Assembly: GCA_028717565.1 (NCBI GenBank) | Contig: JAQUNP010000002.1 | Span: 26,054 to 90,053, forward strand | DNA length: 64,000 nt | From: Patescibacteria group bacterium | GTDB lineage: Bacteria; Patescibacteriota; Kazan-3B-28 | Direction: 5' to 3' | Part shown: positions 61,334-64,000 of the stretch, piece by piece | Layout: each line of letters opens with the position of its first letter | How positions within the stretch are numbered: the first letter of the stretch is position 1 | Translations under genes and position numbers: made by a program | The notes under the pieces: model-generated | Told to the model about the DNA's origin: nothing | The model's database searches: none | What the model saw: only the letters and a program-made list of their open reading frames with translations

Positions 61334-62632
61334 ATGGGGGAGAGTGCCGACAAAATGAGGGAAATCGTAGCGCTGTGCAAACGGCGAGGGCTTATATTTC
61401 CGGGGTCTGAAATCTACGGTGGTATGGCCAACACCTGGGACTATGGTCCCTATGGAGTTTTGTTGAAAAACAATGTCAAAAGGGCTTGGTGGGAGGACAT
61501 GGTGATGAAACGAGCCGATGTGGTCGGGCTGGATAGCTCTATCTTGATGAACCCAAAAGTGTGGGAGGCCAGTGGACATTTGAAGGAATTTACAGATCCG
61601 ATGGTGGATTGTAAGGCATGTAAAAAACGTTTTAAGGGCGATGATATAACCGGAGACAAGTGTCCCGCATGTGGGGGAGAATTAACAGAGGCCAAGCAAT
61701 TTAATTTAATGTTCAAAACTAATGTGGGGCCGGTTGACGGAGAGAATATAGCTTATCTTCGCCCCGAAACAGCCCAAGGTATTTTTGTGAATTTCAAGAA
61801 TGTTTTAGATAGTACTCGAGTGAAGATGCCGTTTGGTATAGCGCAGATTGGGAAGGCCTTTAGAAATGAGATTACTCCGGGCAATTTTACTTTTAGGACG
61901 TTGGAGTTTGAACAATTTGAGATGGAGTATTTTGTATATCCAGATAAAGCCGACGAGGCCTTCAGTGAGTGGACACAGGCGCGGTTGGGATGGTACATCG
62001 GTTTGGGGATAAATCCTAGCAAAATTAAGCTGCAACCACATCCAGAAAGCGATTTGGCTCACTATGCCAAGGCGGTAACAGATGTGGAGTATGAATTCCC
62101 GTTTGGTTGGAGTGAGCTGGAAGGCGTGGCCAACCGAACAGATTATGATTTAAAACAGCACGAAAAGTTTAGCGGTGAGACGTTACGTTATACAGATGAT
62201 GAGGGTAATAAGGTAGAGCCGTATGTAATTGAGCCCAGTGGCGGAGTGGATCGAGCAACGTTAGCGTTTCTGGTGGATAGTTATGCGGTGGACAAGGCGG
62301 GTGACGAAGAACGGGTAGTTTTACGTCTACATCCGCGCTTGGCTCCGATTAAAGTAGCGATTTTGCCTTTGGTAAAAAAAGATCCGGTCGCACCTAAAGC
62401 CAAAGAAATCTATGAGAGTTTGAAGGGTAAATGGTTTGTTGAGTATGACGAATCTGGCACCATTGGTAAGCGGTATCGGAGGCAAGATGAGATTGGCACA
62501 CCGTTTTGTGTAACAGTCGATTTCGAGAATTTGGAAACAGACAGTGTAACGGTGCGTCTGCGGGATGATATGAAGCAAGAAGTAGTAGCTATTAGTGAAT
62601 TGGCTAATTGGCTAAGTAGCCGACTCGGCTAG
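61334..62632 (+). CDS. glyQS: Glycine--tRNA ligase (homodimeric class II type)
   Basis: RRGLIFPGSEIYGG....WDYGP.G..LK.N and LRPETAQG.F.NF. Confidence 0.9.
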   Translation: MGESADKMREIVALCKRRGLIFPGSEIYGGMANTWDYGPYGVLLKNNVKRAWWEDMVMKRADVVGLDSSILMNPKVWEASGHLKEFTDPMVDCKACKKRFKGDDITGDKCPACGGELTEAKQFNLMFKTNVGPVDGENIAYLRPETAQGIFVNFKNVLDSTRVKMPFGIAQIGKAFRNEITPGNFTFRTLEFEQFEMEYFVYPDKADEAFSEWTQARLGWYIGLGINPSKIKLQPHPESDLAHYAKAVTDVEYEFPFGWSELEGVANRTDYDLKQHEKFSGETLRYTDDEGNKVEPYVIEPSGGVDRATLAFLVDSYAVDKAGDEERVVLRLHPRLAPIKVAILPLVKKDPVAPKAKEIYESLKGKWFVEYDESGTIGKRYRRQDEIGTPFCVTVDFENLETDSVTVRLRDDMKQEVVAISELANWLSSRLG

Positions 62633-62718
62633 TTGGCAAAAAGGCGTTCTAGTTGCAGAGAAATCCCCATTTTGTTAGGATGGGAGTGCTAAGTGTGTTC
62701 TTCTTGCAGGAGGATTTA

Positions 62719-62892
62719 ATGGCTAGAGGCGATGGTGGCAAAGCTAAGCGTGAGCGCCTGAAGGCGCGCAAACAAGCGAAGCGGCTGACTGAGGAGGAGG
62801 AGCGCAAGACATGCCCCCGGAAGCGAATTCGCTATCAGAGGCGCGTTGCCGCCGCGGAGGCGATCGCAATTATGGCGGCACGTGGCGGTTAG
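62719..62892 (+). CDS. Small highly basic orphan protein (GC-rich)
   Basis: TTGCAG-17-TAGGAT promoter and AGGAGG SD; 57 aa, K/R-rich. A 60-nt sample is 39/60 GC. It is followed by the hairpin GGCGTCTCGG ctggt CCGAGACGCC. Confidence 0.5.
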   Translation: MARGDGGKAKRERLKARKQAKRLTEEEERKTCPRKRIRYQRRVAAAEAIAIMAARGG

Positions 62893-63035
62893 CGCTTATC
62901 CTATTTTCCTGCAATGATAAGGGCGTCTCGGCTGGTCCGAGACGCCTACTTCTTATTAGTTAAGAGGGGGCAGGCAGAAAGTTGGTCTTCCCCAATGTGG
63001 ATAACTTAGGTGGTGCCCAGATAGGAGGTGCGAAA

Positions 63036-63064
63036 AGTTCGCTTTGAAAGCGAACTATTTTTTT
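63036..63064 (+). terminator. Canonical intrinsic terminator with no annotated gene upstream
   Basis: AGTTCGCTT tga AAGCGAACT a TTTTTTT. Confidence 0.75.
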
Positions 63065-63077
63065 GTTATCTGATGAT

Positions 63078-63152
63078 TTGAACAGGTGTGTTTGAGTGGG
63101 GTATGATATAAGCGTTGTGGATAAATGTGGGGATAAGTGGAGAAAAAAGTGG
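63078..63152 (+). promoter_or_regulatory. mraZ promoter with phased GTGG direct repeats (MraZ-box-like)
   Basis: TTGAAC-18-TATGAT. GTGG occurs at 63096, 63117, 63127, 63137 and 63149 (spacings 21, 10, 10, 12), within GTGG(A/G)(T/G)A-type repeats. Confidence 0.55.
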
Positions 63153-63157
63153 ATAAC

Positions 63158-63580
63158 GTGTTTATTGGTGAATATACACATCTATTAGACGACAAGGGGC
63201 GGGTGGCAATACCGGCCAAGTTTCGTGCAATTTTAAAAAAGGGAGCGATAGTCACTAAAGGACTGGATGGGTGTTTGTTTCTTTACACTGCGCCAGAGTG
63301 GATGAAATTGGTGGCTAAGCTAAATGAGATGCCGATCAGTCAGGGTAACGCTCGGGCTTTTGCGCGTTTGATGGTGGCTGGAGCGATGGGTGTGAATGTG
63401 GACAGCCAAGGACGCATCAATTTACCCAACTATTTAATAAAATTCGCTGGCTTAAAAAAGAATGTAATTGTAGCTGGCTTGATGAACCGTTTGGAAATTT
63501 GGGATGAGACGACTTGGGCGAAATACAAAACCAAAACTGAACCCGAGTCAGAAAAGATCGCGGAAGAGCTGTTTATTTAA
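63158..63580 (+). CDS. mraZ: Transcriptional regulator MraZ
   Basis: From GTG 63158 the product starts MFIGEYTHLLDDKGRVAIPAKFR, the canonical MraZ N-terminus. A second DxxGR repeat is DSQGRINLP. The ORF-track start at 63137 is also possible. Confidence 0.88.
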   Translation: MFIGEYTHLLDDKGRVAIPAKFRAILKKGAIVTKGLDGCLFLYTAPEWMKLVAKLNEMPISQGNARAFARLMVAGAMGVNVDSQGRINLPNYLIKFAGLKKNVIVAGLMNRLEIWDETTWAKYKTKTEPESEKIAEELFI

Positions 63581-63781
63581 AAAATTATCTTTGGGCAAAG
63601 AGGGAGAGGAAGAGGCGATTATCTCTCACAATTCGGTGCTAATTTGTGAGTCACAATTCATCAAGTTATTATCCGCAACTTTCACCTCCTAAAAAAGTTG
63701 TTGAACCCACCCCTTGGGTTATAAGCATTCATATACGGTTTGCTTGTTCCTCCTCCTTCTTTTACCCGCTTGAAAAACTAT

Positions 63782-64000
63782 ATGAAATACTCACATACTC
63801 CCGTCTTGCTGACAGAGGCACTGGATTTACTGGATTTGCATGCTGGCGATGTGGTGGTGGACGCCACGCTGGGACTGGGGGGGCACGGACAAGAAATCTT
63901 AAAAAGAATTCAGCCGGCAGGCAAATTAATAGGCATTGACCAAGATGAGGAAGCACTCAAATACGCTCGTAAGATTTTACCCGACGACAACTCGGTGGTT
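63782..64000 (+). CDS. rsmH: 16S rRNA m4C1402 methyltransferase RsmH, N-terminal part (3' end lies outside the window)
   Basis: My own translation is MKYSHTPVLLTEALDLLDLHAGDVVVDATLGLGGHGQEIL... The frame is open to the window end. It is absent from the ORF track because it has no stop. Confidence 0.88.
   Translation, partial: MKYSHTPVLLTEALDLLDLHAGDVVVDATLGLGGHGQEILKRIQPAGKLIGIDQDEEALKYARKILPDDNSVV

Noticed and set aside
1-64000. Prophage, IS or integrative element content.
   Set aside because: I could not recognise any integrase, transposase, recombinase, capsid or terminase motifs in any frame. The compositional islets lack flanking direct repeats that I could identify by eye.

Overview
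This 64-kb window is gene-dense and almost entirely plus-strand. It carries housekeeping genes of a small-genome bacterium. Compact proteins, sortase/LPXTG and pilin-like surface genes, absence of pyrH between tsf and frr, and no secE-nusG or rpoBC around rplKAJL fit a CPR/Patescibacteria-like organism. That lineage call is an inference; no search was run. The genetic code is standard: TGA is used as stop and RF2 is present. All product calls rest on motifs read from the translations.

Gene order: clpP (3' end), a Zn-ribbon ORF, holB, a TPR protein, tRNA-Thr/Tyr/Thr, rplK-rplA, dCMP deaminase-dut-tmk, rplJ-rplL, tgt, and a 1476-aa tandem HD-GYP protein. A convergent Big_2/pilin-like operon follows, then manC, secD-secF, recJ, hisS, a PD-(D/E)XK nuclease, HIT, rpsU-yqeY-ybeY, ftsA-ftsZ and nrdR-nrdJ. 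The second half holds DUF167, an NYN protein, ileS, DUF192, rplU, lepB, tRNA-Val, rpsB-tsf-frr-uppS-rseP, folD, greA, lysS-serS-secA and a GC-rich PKD lipoprotein. It ends with an LPXTG repeat protein, prfB (+1 frameshift), a GIY-YIG protein, ftsE-ftsX-M23 peptidase, ctp, rplI, glyQS and mraZ-rsmH (3' truncated). I saw no rRNA, CRISPR array, transposase or integrase.

Observations most worth a second look:
1. Three copies of a ~140-nt hairpin leader sit exactly between a promoter and the start codons of rplK, hisS and rpsU. Each has a conserved 6-codon mini-ORF, the two AUGs are base-paired to each other, and the inner stem shows compensatory changes.
2. Modular intergenic hairpin-repeat families occur 3' of rplL, secF, greA, secA and the M23 gene. 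I call them R1 (long hairpins with conserved GCAAACTC / TCAGACATGC internal loops), a related R1-like pair, and R2 (a terminator-like hairpin). Stems covary and apical hairpins are swapped between copies.
3. GC-rich genes are embedded in a ~45-48% GC backbone: tmk, the PKD lipoprotein and several orphan small ORFs reach ~53-72% GC in my hand counts of 60-nt samples. Two of the small ORFs lie directly behind R1-R2 modules.
4. A recurrent TGnTATAAT-N6-ATG geometry suggests leaderless mRNAs.
5. rplKA and rplJL are split by a dTTP-precursor cluster, and L7/L12 has a ~65-aa acidic N-terminal extension.
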